Shown in pieces: positions 21,341 through 31,502 of a stretch of 64,000 nt of DNA. The stretch covers positions 1-64,000 of the IMG/VR virus record IMGVR_UViG_3300025122_000005, one strand, 5' to 3'. Position 1 is the stretch's first letter. Each line of letters starts with the position of its first letter. This stretch comes from a virus. Made by a program: the position numbers and the translations under genes. The notes beneath the pieces are model-generated. The model was not told the DNA's origin. It ran no database searches and saw nothing but the letters and a program-made list of their open reading frames with translations.

Positions 21341-22135
21341 ATGCATTTTGAAAATATTGTAATTGGAAGTAGTTTGTCTTCTGTGCTGTTCTCTTATTAC
21401 AACAAATATCCTATCGTTATAAACTCTTTAGAACGCCCTTTCAGATTTGATGAAATGGAAAAGGAAATATGCATAGGCGATCTTAAAACTAAAAACAATC
21501 TTTGTTTGTGGTCTTGGGCGTTGTTCGAGGTTTCGTCGAGAGGTCACGCTCCCTTCGGGTCGTGTGTTTCTTCTGTGAGAATAAGCGGTAACCGTTTATC
21601 GATTGCTGCTAGACCAGGATTAAGTTTTAAGGCAGAGTTTGACAATTGTCACATTTTCGATGACAACAATTTAACAACAGAGAATGATATTTTCGAAAAT
21701 AAGGAGCCACTGTATCGTGTCTTCGACTGGATGAACGTTCGAAGAGGGATGAGACATAGACACGATTCCTTGAAGACCGTAGACAATTTTATAAAAGAAA
21801 TTTATTTTTATAAGTCGGAAAGAATTGATGGGAATCACGACAGGAAGGATGCCGTGGCGGTGTCTTATTTGACGGAAGAGCAACTCCACGAATTTAATTA
21901 TTCAAGCACAATGGCGAGGTTTAAGATACAGAGCGTAATGAAAGATGCTGGGATTATAGGTGCAAAGGCTGGCAAAACCAAAGAAGGAAAACAAAAGAAA
22001 TATAATGTTAGAGTGGAACCAGATTATAGACACGTTGTGAATATGCATAAAAGGACATACAGAGACACAGAAAATGTGAAATTTCTTGATATGTCCCCGA
22101 AAGAAGTGGTCGATAGATATGTTGGAAGAGGGTAA
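21341..22135 (+). CDS. Hypothetical protein with degenerate Rossmann N-terminus
   Basis: NIVIGSSLSSVL start. Confidence 0.4.
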   Translation: MHFENIVIGSSLSSVLFSYYNKYPIVINSLERPFRFDEMEKEICIGDLKTKNNLCLWSWALFEVSSRGHAPFGSCVSSVRISGNRLSIAARPGLSFKAEFDNCHIFDDNNLTTENDIFENKEPLYRVFDWMNVRRGMRHRHDSLKTVDNFIKEIYFYKSERIDGNHDRKDAVAVSYLTEEQLHEFNYSSTMARFKIQSVMKDAGIIGAKAGKTKEGKQKKYNVRVEPDYRHVVNMHKRTYRDTENVKFLDMSPKEVVDRYVGRG

Positions 22136-22985
22136 CGGAAACGAAAAGGCGTTCCATCTAGCGGGAGTGGTACCTGTTGCTAGTCCTAAAATGGATTTTA
22201 GTTTCCCTTGGCATGATAGTATGCAACCAATTGCAGATAACTATCTTGCAGTTGAGAGGTCAATTGTGGAATGTGCGTATGCCGGTTGTGAAACAATATG
22301 GGTAGTGTGCAATGACAATATACAGCCCCTGCTTAAACATAGAATGGGAGACTACATTGAGGACCCCTATTATTTAAACAAATCAAATTTTGTAAAATTT
22401 CCGAGTGACCATCGCCGCCAGATCCCTATATTTTATACTCCAATCCATCCCAAGGATCGCGATAGAAGGGACAGCCTGGCCTGGTCTGCGCTTCATGGTG
22501 CTCTGACTGCTTTTATTATGAGTGACAAGATTAGTAAGTGGGTCATCCCGAGCAGATATTATATCAGTTTTCCATATGGAGTTTATCAGCCAACGGTGGT
22601 GCAAAAGCACAGAAAGAGGATTTCTAGTATGGAGCCCTTTTACCTGTCCGCCGAGGGGAAGACTGTTGGGGATGGAGAATATCTTGGATTCACGATGGAC
22701 GCAGAAGAATACAAGATGTATTTAACAAACGTGAAGCAAAACTGCACAGGTGGGAGAAAAGATTTGCCATCTAAAGAAAGGTGGTCTTCTAGGCATTTTG
22801 GCCTTGACAAAATCTTCAAATCTGCTAGAATAAATAAAGAATCAATACTGGAGATACCTTGGTATTACAGAATCGATTCTTGGCAAGGATTGAAAGATTA
22901 TCTCTCTTCAGAGGAGAGTGAAGAAATTAAAAGACCAGGTAAGGTTATGTTTAAGAATTCGCTATATAAAAAGGTTGGAGAATAA
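22119..22985 (+). CDS. Sugar-nucleotidyltransferase-like (GT-A fold) protein
   Basis: LAGVVPVA...MQPIADNYLAVERSIVECAYAGCETIWVV. Confidence 0.6.
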   Translation: MLEEGNGNEKAFHLAGVVPVASPKMDFSFPWHDSMQPIADNYLAVERSIVECAYAGCETIWVVCNDNIQPLLKHRMGDYIEDPYYLNKSNFVKFPSDHRRQIPIFYTPIHPKDRDRRDSLAWSALHGALTAFIMSDKISKWVIPSRYYISFPYGVYQPTVVQKHRKRISSMEPFYLSAEGKTVGDGEYLGFTMDAEEYKMYLTNVKQNCTGGRKDLPSKERWSSRHFGLDKIFKSARINKESILEIPWYYRIDSWQGLKDYLSSEESEEIKRPGKVMFKNSLYKKVGE

Positions 22986-22987
22986 AA

Positions 22988-23194
22988 GTGAATATAAATG
23001 AAATTTATTATAGTTTGCCTTCGCAAACAAAAGAAGACGTGGGGTTTCCAATTAATTCCATGTCGATGAGTCAAAAACAACAGAGCTTCGTTGAAGCGTT
23101 GTGTTCTGCGTCATTGGCGTCCTCTTCTATTAGAGAAGACCTTCTTTCTGTAAAGGATGATTTGGAGGATGTCCTTGAGCGACTGCAGGATTAA
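22988..23194 (+). CDS. Hypothetical protein
   Basis: GGAG RBS; fills the gap before dnaE. Confidence 0.45.
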   Translation: MNINEIYYSLPSQTKEDVGFPINSMSMSQKQQSFVEALCSASLASSSIREDLLSVKDDLEDVLERLQD

Positions 23195-26100
23195 ATCAGA
23201 GATTCCGTTTGTTGGTCTTCATGCTCATTCAGTAGCAGGAAGTATTTTTGATGCTCTTGGTTATCCCCAGGAGCACATGGATTTTGCGTATGAGAACGGT
23301 ATGGATGCGTTGGCTCTTACTGACCACGGAAACGCAAATGGTCTTGCATACCAGGTGTTGCATGCAAAAAAGATGCAATCAGAAGGTAAAGAGTTTAAGC
23401 CAATTTTTGGAGTGGAAGCCTATTTTCTTCCATCCATAGCAAATTGGAAAGAAGAATACGAAAAGGCGAGGCAGGACAAGAAGAACAAGAGTCTAGACTC
23501 TTCTCAATCCGGCACGACTGTCGAGAACGAAGAGTCCAAGAAGGCGATGAAAAATATTCTGAACAGGAGAAGGCATTTAATTCTTTTGGCACAGAATCAA
23601 GAAGGATTGAAGAATATCTTTAAGATTATCTCTTCCAGCTATGACAAGAAGCATTTTTATCGGTATCCGAGAGTTGATTATGCTTTACTAAAGAAGCACA
23701 ACGAGGGAATTCTCGCCGCTAGTGCATGCTTGGGGGGTGTATATGCAGGTTGTTATTGGGAAAACAGGGATAACGGGGAAGATGCAGTATTGAGAGCGTT
23801 CAGGAATACAACTCAGAAGATGCAGTCAATTTTCGGTGACAGGTGGCACGGTGAGTTACAGTGGAATAACGTTCCGGAACAACACGATCTGAACACGTAT
23901 ATTATTCAAATGCATAGAGAGTTTGGTGTACCTCTAATCTCAACTGCGGATAGTCACTATCCGAATAGGGATGCTTGGAAGGACCGTGAGCTATATAGGA
24001 GACTGGGGTGGCTAGGGAAAAAGCCAGAGTGGATGTCAGATGGGTTACCTATTGATGTTGATGAGATAGGGTATGAGCTTTACCCAAAGAACGGTGACGA
24101 AATATGGGAATCTTACAAGAAATACTCTGCGGAATGCGATGTAGAATACGATGACGAGATTGTAAGGAATTCTATTACCGAAACACATAGAATCGCTCAC
24201 GACCGTATAGAGTCCTTCTTCCCAGATAATACTGTGAGGCTACCTGATTTTGTGGTCCCCGAAGATGTCACCGCTGGCGAGGCACTACAGAAGGTCACCG
24301 CCGACGGGTTGAGATATCTTGGACTATCAGACAACCAAGAATACCTAGACAGAGCGTCTATGGAGATTGAAGTTATTGAATCTCGTGGGTTTAGCAAGTA
24401 TTTTTTGACAATGAAAGCAATCGCTGACAGGGCGAAAGAAACTCAGCTTGTTGGCGCAGGAAGAGGCTCCGCGGCCGGTTCCCTAGTATCATACGCATTG
24501 GGAATCACACAAGTCGACCCCATGAGATACGGTCTTCAGTTCGAGAGGTTCCTTACTAAGGGGGGGTCTGGGTATCCTGACATTGATTTTGATACTTCGG
24601 AACCAATGCAGCTCAAGGAAAACCTTATTGAAGAATGGGGTGAGAACACTGTAGTGCCTATATCCAACTGGAACACTCTACAGTTGAGGTCTTTAATAAA
24701 AGATATTTCAAAATTTTATGAAGTGCCATTTGCGGAGGTGAATGCAGTTACGGGTAAGATGATCTATGAAGCAACTCCGTTGGCGAAAAAGAAACACGGG
24801 ATTTCTGCGGGTGTTTACGTTCCCACGTTTGAAGAAGTAATGGAATTTTCAGAATCCCTCAAAATTTTTCTGAAGAAAAATCCTCAGATCAAGACACATG
24901 TGGAGGCTTTATACGGGCAGGTGAGATCCTGTTCCAGGCATGCTGGTGGTGTAGTTGTGGGAGAAAACCTCGATGAGTGGATGCCGATGATATCTTCAGG
25001 CGGTGTTCGCCAAACTCCGTGGAGTGAGGGGCAAAATGTTCGCCATCTTGAACCAATGGGGTTTATCAAGTTTGACTTGTTGGGTCTTGCCTCGTTGAGG
25101 ATGATCGAGGGTGCCATCCGACATATCTTGGTTAGGCATCATGACATCGAGAATCCTACTTTTGACGATGTCAGGAGGTTCTACAATGAGGTGCTTCATC
25201 CAGACGTTATAGACTTTGAAGACCAGAGTGTGTGGGAGAGCGTTTTTCACGGTGGTCAGTGGGCTGGAGTGTTTCAGTTTACAGAAGAGGGTGCACAAAA
25301 GTTTTGTAAAAATGCGAAACCTAGCAACTTAATCGAGTTATCTGCAATCACAAGTATATACAGACCAGGACCCTTGTCGGCAAACGTTGATAAGAAATTT
25401 ATATCTGCTAAGAACGCTCCTGAAGACGTTGAGTATCTTAACTCTTATGTGCGCGATGTGACTGAAGAGACTTTTGGTTTTCTCATATTTCAAGAGCAGA
25501 TAGCGATGTTGGCTCACAAGCTTGGTAAGGACCTGTCGCTCGATGAGGGGAACAAGCTAAGGAAACTCTTGACTAAAAAGGGAACAGGCGAGGTTCAAGA
25601 ACAAAAGGACAAGATCTATTCCAAATTTGCGGAAGGGTGTTCTGAGAAGGGGATGCGAAAGCACGAAGCAAAGGAGTTGTGGGAAACTTTCGAATACTTT
25701 TCTGGATATGGGTTCAACAAATCCCATGCAGTGTCTTACTGTATGTTGTCTTACCAGTGCGCCTGGTTGTTAAACTATTACCCACCAGAGTGGACAGCAG
25801 CTTTCTTGGACAAAGAACCAGAGACTAGAAAAGAGAAGGCGATCAATGTTGCAAAATCTCACGGGTTTAAAATTGAAAGGTTGAACGTAAATACCTCCGG
25901 ATCTGTGTGGGAGATATCAGAAGATGGTAAAACGCTAATCCAACCGCTCACTTCCATCAAGGGATTGGGTGAGAAGGCCATCGAGCAGATTCTTAACAAT
26001 CGCCCGTTTAACACGATTGAGGAATTCATTTTTAATGAAGACATTGTTTATTCAAAGCTGAATAAGAAGTCTTTGGATGTTCTTTGCAGATCCGGTGCTC

Positions 26101-26606
26101 TAGAGTGTCTTATCGATGATAGGTTCACTGGTTCGAGGCACTTTTGGAGTGCAATCGCTGTTGATCGCCCGAGGAAAGAAAAGAACCTGATAGAGAATAT
26201 AGAGAAATACGCTCCAGAAGGAGACTTCTCAGAAGAGGAGAGGATTCAATATCAAATTGATTTAACGGGTGTTTTTCCTTTTGATTTAGTTATGGAAGAG
26301 AACATTCGGGCCAGCTTAGATAAATATATGGTTCCCCCTATAAGTGAATACGATTCAGATCTTGGGGGAGTGGTCTGGTGTATACCAAGAGAGGTCATCA
26401 AGAAGAAGACAAAGAATGATAAAGACTACTATATTGTCAGGGTTATAGATGACAACAACGAGACTAATACAATTAGGTGTTGGGGTGTCAGACCAGGAAA
26501 GGATATTGTGAGAATCAATAGACCGTATATGATGAGGCTAGACTGGAACCCTCAGTGGGGATTTAGCACGAGAAGATTAAGCTCAAACTTTAAGATGTTG
26601 GGATAG
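23175..26606 (+). CDS. dnaE: DNA polymerase III alpha subunit (family C) with intact PHP domain
   Basis: GLHAHS, TDHG, GVEAY, ACLGG, TADSHY, GRGSAAGS, YPDIDFD, SRHAGG, KFDLLGL, GFNKSHA; TTG start 6 nt after GGAGG. Confidence 0.95.
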   Translation: MSDCRIKSEIPFVGLHAHSVAGSIFDALGYPQEHMDFAYENGMDALALTDHGNANGLAYQVLHAKKMQSEGKEFKPIFGVEAYFLPSIANWKEEYEKARQDKKNKSLDSSQSGTTVENEESKKAMKNILNRRRHLILLAQNQEGLKNIFKIISSSYDKKHFYRYPRVDYALLKKHNEGILAASACLGGVYAGCYWENRDNGEDAVLRAFRNTTQKMQSIFGDRWHGELQWNNVPEQHDLNTYIIQMHREFGVPLISTADSHYPNRDAWKDRELYRRLGWLGKKPEWMSDGLPIDVDEIGYELYPKNGDEIWESYKKYSAECDVEYDDEIVRNSITETHRIAHDRIESFFPDNTVRLPDFVVPEDVTAGEALQKVTADGLRYLGLSDNQEYLDRASMEIEVIESRGFSKYFLTMKAIADRAKETQLVGAGRGSAAGSLVSYALGITQVDPMRYGLQFERFLTKGGSGYPDIDFDTSEPMQLKENLIEEWGENTVVPISNWNTLQLRSLIKDISKFYEVPFAEVNAVTGKMIYEATPLAKKKHGISAGVYVPTFEEVMEFSESLKIFLKKNPQIKTHVEALYGQVRSCSRHAGGVVVGENLDEWMPMISSGGVRQTPWSEGQNVRHLEPMGFIKFDLLGLASLRMIEGAIRHILVRHHDIENPTFDDVRRFYNEVLHPDVIDFEDQSVWESVFHGGQWAGVFQFTEEGAQKFCKNAKPSNLIELSAITSIYRPGPLSANVDKKFISAKNAPEDVEYLNSYVRDVTEETFGFLIFQEQIAMLAHKLGKDLSLDEGNKLRKLLTKKGTGEVQEQKDKIYSKFAEGCSEKGMRKHEAKELWETFEYFSGYGFNKSHAVSYCMLSYQCAWLLNYYPPEWTAAFLDKEPETRKEKAINVAKSHGFKIERLNVNTSGSVWEISEDGKTLIQPLTSIKGLGEKAIEQILNNRPFNTIEEFIFNEDIVYSKLNKKSLDVLCRSGALECLIDDRFTGSRHFWSAIAVDRPRKEKNLIENIEKYAPEGDFSEEERIQYQIDLTGVFPFDLVMEENIRASLDKYMVPPISEYDSDLGGVVWCIPREVIKKKTKNDKDYYIVRVIDDNNETNTIRCWGVRPGKDIVRINRPYMMRLDWNPQWGFSTRRLSSNFKMLG

Positions 26607-26614
26607 GAGAAAAT

Positions 26615-27064
26615 ATGAGAGTTAGAACATTCAAAATGAGAGAGAACGCAAAGTTGCCCGTTAGGGCGCACACAACAGATGCAGGGATGGATTTCTTCTT
26701 TGCACCAAAGGATAACGCACCGTTGCTTGTTCACCCCGGACACTCCTGCTTACTTGAGACTGGTGTGAAGGTTGAAGTTCCAGAGGGACACATGTTGCAA
26801 ATAATGAACAAGTCAGGAATTGCCTCAAAGAGGTCAATCGTTACTGGTGCTTGTGTCGTTGACAGAGGATATGACGGAGAGATCTTCGTAAATCTTCACA
26901 ACATTGGCAGAGAGACACAAATTTGTGAACCAGGCACAAAGATTGCACAAGGGGTTTTTGTTAGGATCTCAACTCCTTCCTTACTAGAAATAGAGGAAGA
27001 TAAAATCTACGAATCCGAAACGGATAGGGGCACAGGTGGCTTCGGATCTACGGGAGACGTTTAA
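26615..27064 (+). CDS. dut: Trimeric dUTPase
   Basis: AGMDF, KSG, VVDRGYDGEI, IAQG, RGTGGFGSTG. Confidence 0.95.
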   Translation: MRVRTFKMRENAKLPVRAHTTDAGMDFFFAPKDNAPLLVHPGHSCLLETGVKVEVPEGHMLQIMNKSGIASKRSIVTGACVVDRGYDGEIFVNLHNIGRETQICEPGTKIAQGVFVRISTPSLLEIEEDKIYESETDRGTGGFGSTGDV

Positions 27065-27337
27065 ATGTCTTCTGCACAAAAGAAGCTTCGTCGAAAGAAA
27101 AAGAAAGAAGCCGAAAAAGACTTGAAAGAAAAAATGGGGTTGTTTAATATGATCCCAAACCAGTGTACAAATTGTGATAAACCGTTTGATAAGAAGGATG
27201 AAGAACAAGTGAAGTCCTGGCGAGTGGCTGTTAGGGAGCGGGAGAAAGTAGTGAACCTATATTGTACCGAGTGTTGGGAAGGTGCCAATCAAATGCTTAG
27301 AGACCTACAGGAGAGATTGGAGGATTCTGATGTTTGA
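27065..27337 (+). CDS. Small Zn-finger protein
   Basis: CTNC...CTEC. Confidence 0.6.
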   Translation: MSSAQKKLRRKKKKEAEKDLKEKMGLFNMIPNQCTNCDKPFDKKDEEQVKSWRVAVREREKVVNLYCTECWEGANQMLRDLQERLEDSDV

Positions 27338-28334
27338 AGAGACGTTTAGTTTTGACGATGTTTTGCTTTTGCCATTGCGAAGCGACATTGAGAGCAGGTC
27401 AGAAATAGGGCTAGAATCAAGAATAGGAACAAAGGAATATAGTTTGCCTATCATTTCCAGCCCCATGGACACAGTCACGGAGTCCTTGATGGCGTTAACC
27501 ATGAACGAATACGGGGCTCTCGGTATCGTTCATAGGTATTGTTCTATAGAAGAACAGTGTGTCATGTTGACGAAGGGGGTTATAACAGCCGCCGCAGTCG
27601 GCGTTTCAGGAGATTTTAAACAACGGGTCTCTGCTCTTGTGGAATCTGGATTAGAAACCGTCTGCGTCGATGTGGCACATGGTCATCATTCTATGACGGA
27701 GAGTGCTTTAAAATACTTGAAAGACACATACGACTCGTCTTTATCTATTATAGCAGGCAATGTTGCGACCCCTGAAGCGTTTAAAGATTTATCGGATTGG
27801 GGTGCTGATGCTGTTCGAGTAGGCATCGGCGGCGGGTCAATATGTTCAACTAGAACCCAAACTGGTCATGGAGTACCAACATTTCATTCGGTATTGGGAT
27901 GTAAATATGTGGACTCCGATGCAAAGATTATAGCAGATGGAGGCATCAAGACAGCTGGAGATATTGTCAAGGCAATCGCAGCTGGTGCGGATTTTGTGAT
28001 GCTTGGTTCGATGTTAGCAGGAACTGATGAATCGCCAGGACAGGTGTTTGTTACGTCTGAGAGCAAGAAGTACAAGGTATACAGGGGTATGGCTAGCGAA
28101 GAGGCACAACTCGCCTGGAGGGGCGAAACTCGCTCTCTAGAGGGCATTTCTACCACCATTCCTTACAAGGGTTCGGTAATTGATATTCTTGAGAATTTGA
28201 AGCAAAACATCCGCAGCGGACTATCGTACAGCGGCTCTCGGACAATAAAAGAATTTCAGGCAAAGGCAAAGTTTATTAGACAGACAAGTGCTTCGATTAC
28301 AGAAAGTGGTACACATATTCTAAATGGCAGGTGA
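27330..28334 (+). CDS. guaB: IMP dehydrogenase/GMP reductase family (no CBS domains)
   Basis: [44 protein letters not shown]. Confidence 0.85.
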   Translation: MFEETFSFDDVLLLPLRSDIESRSEIGLESRIGTKEYSLPIISSPMDTVTESLMALTMNEYGALGIVHRYCSIEEQCVMLTKGVITAAAVGVSGDFKQRVSALVESGLETVCVDVAHGHHSMTESALKYLKDTYDSSLSIIAGNVATPEAFKDLSDWGADAVRVGIGGGSICSTRTQTGHGVPTFHSVLGCKYVDSDAKIIADGGIKTAGDIVKAIAAGADFVMLGSMLAGTDESPGQVFVTSESKKYKVYRGMASEEAQLAWRGETRSLEGISTTIPYKGSVIDILENLKQNIRSGLSYSGSRTIKEFQAKAKFIRQTSASITESGTHILNGR

Positions 28335-28662
28335 GTATAAATACGGTCAGGAAGGTAAGAAGATTATTTTCCAAGACTCTGATAAACGCCACGCGGATTT
28401 AAGGATCAGGTTGCGTCATGATGGGTTGACACAAATACAATTTTTTCAAGCAATGATTACTGGGTACATTGAGAACGATCCACGCATTATTGATTTTGTC
28501 ACCAGTGTTAAGCTTGAATTGGCCAGGCAAGGAAAAAAGAGAATTAACAAGACACGAGATTTAATAAAACAAGGAGAAGAATTGAAGAAGCTTTTTAATT
28601 TGGAAGAAGAAGAAACAAAAGAATTGTTTGATATGATAGCAGAGGAGTTCCCGGACTTATGA
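28324..28662 (+). CDS. Hypothetical protein, possible RHH-type regulator
   Basis: HADLRIRLRHDGLTQIQFFQAMI pattern. Confidence 0.4.
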   Translation: MAGEYKYGQEGKKIIFQDSDKRHADLRIRLRHDGLTQIQFFQAMITGYIENDPRIIDFVTSVKLELARQGKKRINKTRDLIKQGEELKKLFNLEEEETKELFDMIAEEFPDL

Positions 28663-28907
28663 AGAAAAAAGATGACGGACTAACAGACTGCGCAAGGTCC
28701 TGCTTAAAGGACGGCAGAACGTGCAAAGAGAAAGAGTGCAGAAAGTGGATAGACCACAGAGAGGACCTGAATTGTTGTCTAATATCTATACGTAATAGCG
28801 TCGGCCCCATGACTCTTATGGAGACTGGTAAACGTTTAGGATTGAGTTTTGTCAGGATTAGACAAATAGAAAAGAGAGCGTTAGAAAAACTATCAAAAAG
28901 ATTATAA
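28659..28907 (+). CDS. Stand-alone sigma70 region-4-like HTH with Cys-rich N-terminus
   Basis: PMTLMETGKRLGLSFVRIRQIEKRALEKL matches the region 4.2 pattern; 5 Cys upstream. Confidence 0.7.
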   Translation: MKKKDDGLTDCARSCLKDGRTCKEKECRKWIDHREDLNCCLISIRNSVGPMTLMETGKRLGLSFVRIRQIEKRALEKLSKRL

Positions 28908-28989
28908 AAAGACTCTTTTTTGTATTAATCTGTACTATTTACTTCTGAAATAAAGTATTTTTTTCTACTTTTAAACTAGGAGAACCATA

Positions 28990-29529
28990 ATGAGTAAGAA
29001 AACATTGTTAAACGAGAATACTATTCGACGTTTTTGGAAATTGGCTAGTATTAGACCCATTAATGAGATGGAGTATTTGAGGGATGAGGAGGAAGAGGAA
29101 GGTCTTCCTGAACCCGCCATGGACGAGCCACCGATGGGCGCAGAAGAAGAGGCACCATTGGACGACCTGGGGGCCGAAGAGGCACCAGAGGGTGATGTCG
29201 AAGCGGAAGTTAATGTAGCGTCAGAAGACGTTCCCGCTTTGGAAACCGCTGTTGGTATCCTTCAAGACATTTTGGCAGTTGCTGGCGAGGGAGAGGAAGA
29301 GATCGAGCCCGAGCTGGACGCCGATGTCGCCCCTGTTGACGATCTTGAAGCGGAAGAGGTTCCTTCTCCCATGCAAGAGAACAAGGAAGAGAAAGAGGAA
29401 GAGGAAGAGCCCGTAACGGAAAATGAAATCGACCCCACTCGCCTCGAAGAGGTGGTCAAGACTATCACCGACCGTGTTACCAAACGAATCCTTCGCGCAG
29501 CTCTTGTAAATAAAATAAACAAAAAATAA
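28990..29529 (+). CDS. Acidic probable head-associated protein
   Basis: MSKKTLLNE start, very Glu-rich, late-type motif upstream. Confidence 0.5.
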   Translation: MSKKTLLNENTIRRFWKLASIRPINEMEYLRDEEEEEGLPEPAMDEPPMGAEEEAPLDDLGAEEAPEGDVEAEVNVASEDVPALETAVGILQDILAVAGEGEEEIEPELDADVAPVDDLEAEEVPSPMQENKEEKEEEEEPVTENEIDPTRLEEVVKTITDRVTKRILRAALVNKINKK

Positions 29530-29574
29530 ATTATTTTGTTGACAATCGCCCTAAACTCATATAATATATAAAAT

Positions 29575-29955
29575 ATGTTAACTTACTTTTTATGGTTCAG
29601 TTTAGGGGCGATTGTTAGCAGATTTGTTTCTATCTATTTTTCTCTAGGCGTAGAGAGCCTAATAATCCGAAAAGCACTTCTAATGGCAGGAAAGCTGATC
29701 ACTGCTTTGAGTGTTGACTTTGAGAGATCATTAAAATATAAGCACGACTCTCTTAAAAGATCGGATATTCCTGATGATATTTTAAAAAAAATTGTTGACG
29801 ACGATAAACTTTTTGTGACTGAATGGAAAACAACCATATTTATTACGGTGGCTACTTCTATTCCGGAGAAGTATTTGGGATACGTCCCTGAGTATATCTG
29901 GGTTGAAGATGCCGCACTTGAGGAAATTATGAAAATGTTAAAGGAGGAAGTATGA
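29575..29955 (+). CDS. Hypothetical membrane-anchored protein
   Basis: N-terminal TM; TTGACA/TATAAT promoter upstream. Confidence 0.55.
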   Translation: MLTYFLWFSLGAIVSRFVSIYFSLGVESLIIRKALLMAGKLITALSVDFERSLKYKHDSLKRSDIPDDILKKIVDDDKLFVTEWKTTIFITVATSIPEKYLGYVPEYIWVEDAALEEIMKMLKEEV

Positions 29956-30284
29956 TGAGTATCAGAGCCGTCGCATGGAGCGAGAAATTAGAAACAGAAA
30001 ACTCTATCCTGTATACTTTGCAGGCTACAGTTAGGGGAAAGAGAGAGATGAACCGGTTGAGTAAAGAGGTTCCCGAGTGGACCGCCGCCGGAAAGGGATA
30101 TGATCCTAGTACGGAAAAGACAATTGTGTTGTTGCAACGAAAGTTCGAGAATAAAAAGTCTTGGATAAATTTTGCAAAGTCCCTTTCTTTTCCAGTGGAA
30201 GAATTAAGTCCTAGAACCGGAAAGGGCAAGATCATCAACGGTAAGAAGAAAACAAAAAGAAGTCAATATGAAAGGGTAACCTAA
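29952..30284 (+). CDS. Hypothetical protein
   Basis: ATGA-coupled ORF. Confidence 0.55.
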   Translation: MMSIRAVAWSEKLETENSILYTLQATVRGKREMNRLSKEVPEWTAAGKGYDPSTEKTIVLLQRKFENKKSWINFAKSLSFPVEELSPRTGKGKIINGKKKTKRSQYERVT

Positions 30285-30303
30285 TTACTTAAGGAGAACG
30301 TTT

Positions 30304-31422
30304 ATGTCCAGTTTTGATGATTTAACAAATTTATATGAGAGCGAGAATAAAGACCAGATTCAAAATCTTTTATTTGAAATGATAGAAGGTGTTCTGAAGA
30401 ATCCCTCGATTATAGTAGAGAAGAATGACAGCAAGCCCCCAACGGTTGAAGAAATATTGGGTTCTCTGAAGATTAATTCAAAGAAATGGGGCACGATGAA
30501 AGAGTCTGATGAGAGGACAGTCATCCGAAACTATGTGAGTGCTCTGGGTGAGACGACTCCTGAAAAAATTCTGGCATCTCTGCAGAGTGTCGTGGAGAGT
30601 TCGAAAGAACCTACTCCAGAAGGCGAGGCTCCCAACTGCTCTGTATCCAGAACGCTAGCGAAAATTCAACTGCTGAACACACTCTCGACAATATTGAACA
30701 GTTTCGATCCTCGTGTCGGGGGTTTTTTGAACGAAGCGTTTCTTGCAGCATTGTTTGATGGCAACACCATAGAGGTTGATAGGAACAGCGGGATAGCAGA
30801 CTTCAAGGTTGGGGAGGAAAGCTATTCGCTGAAGACAATGGCAAGTGGATCCATGGTGAACGGGAGCCTTTTGAAGCTTCTGAAGGATATGAAGTTTGAT
30901 TCAGCTGCTCGCATGCCAAAGGAGAATATGACTTATCTTGCATTTGATAAGATATCAGGAGAAGATGGAGTCACTACTAGCGTGAGGGTTGAAAGGTTTG
31001 TCATCACACCGCAGAATTTCCATCAGCTGATGGGGGAGGCAACATTTTCAGGTAAAACTCTTAAGGGCGAGACGGGATTTGATGCTGTCATGAGTACCGT
31101 CGCCTCAATGCTGTCCGATGGACGGAAGATTGGAATAAAATTCTCTCTTGATAAATCTAAAATAGAGAAATATGTGGAGCCGGTTGCCGTTTTGAACACG
31201 GATACTAGCTTCCTGTATAAAACTGCCGAAGATGCACTCGGCGATATGGTTGGTGGGTTTAAGGCAATACAGGAGATGTTTAATAGTCTTGTGCTTGGGA
31301 TGAACGACTATTTTGCATCAATGACAAGTACTGCCGCAGAATCATTCAAGAAGACAGCTAATCAGTTTGAATCTGTTGTGTCTACAACTGTTCGCGGCGA
31401 CAAGACTTGCTCATCAGATTGA
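30304..31422 (+). CDS. Probable late protein with PD-(D/E)xK-like core
   Basis: GFLNEAFLAALF...IADF...YSLK; CTAATTAC upstream. Confidence 0.4.
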   Translation: MSSFDDLTNLYESENKDQIQNLLFEMIEGVLKNPSIIVEKNDSKPPTVEEILGSLKINSKKWGTMKESDERTVIRNYVSALGETTPEKILASLQSVVESSKEPTPEGEAPNCSVSRTLAKIQLLNTLSTILNSFDPRVGGFLNEAFLAALFDGNTIEVDRNSGIADFKVGEESYSLKTMASGSMVNGSLLKLLKDMKFDSAARMPKENMTYLAFDKISGEDGVTTSVRVERFVITPQNFHQLMGEATFSGKTLKGETGFDAVMSTVASMLSDGRKIGIKFSLDKSKIEKYVEPVAVLNTDTSFLYKTAEDALGDMVGGFKAIQEMFNSLVLGMNDYFASMTSTAAESFKKTANQFESVVSTTVRGDKTCSSD

Positions 31423-31502
31423 AATAAAACAGCACAAAAACAAAATATACTTGACAAATCATTTTAAAATGTTTATAATATATAAAAGAAAGTGAGGTTC
31501 TC

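Noticed and set aside
13068-26606. Inteins or introns in recA, dnaB, nrdJ, dnaE
   Set aside because: Lengths and motif spacing are normal; no splicing or homing-endonuclease motifs seen.
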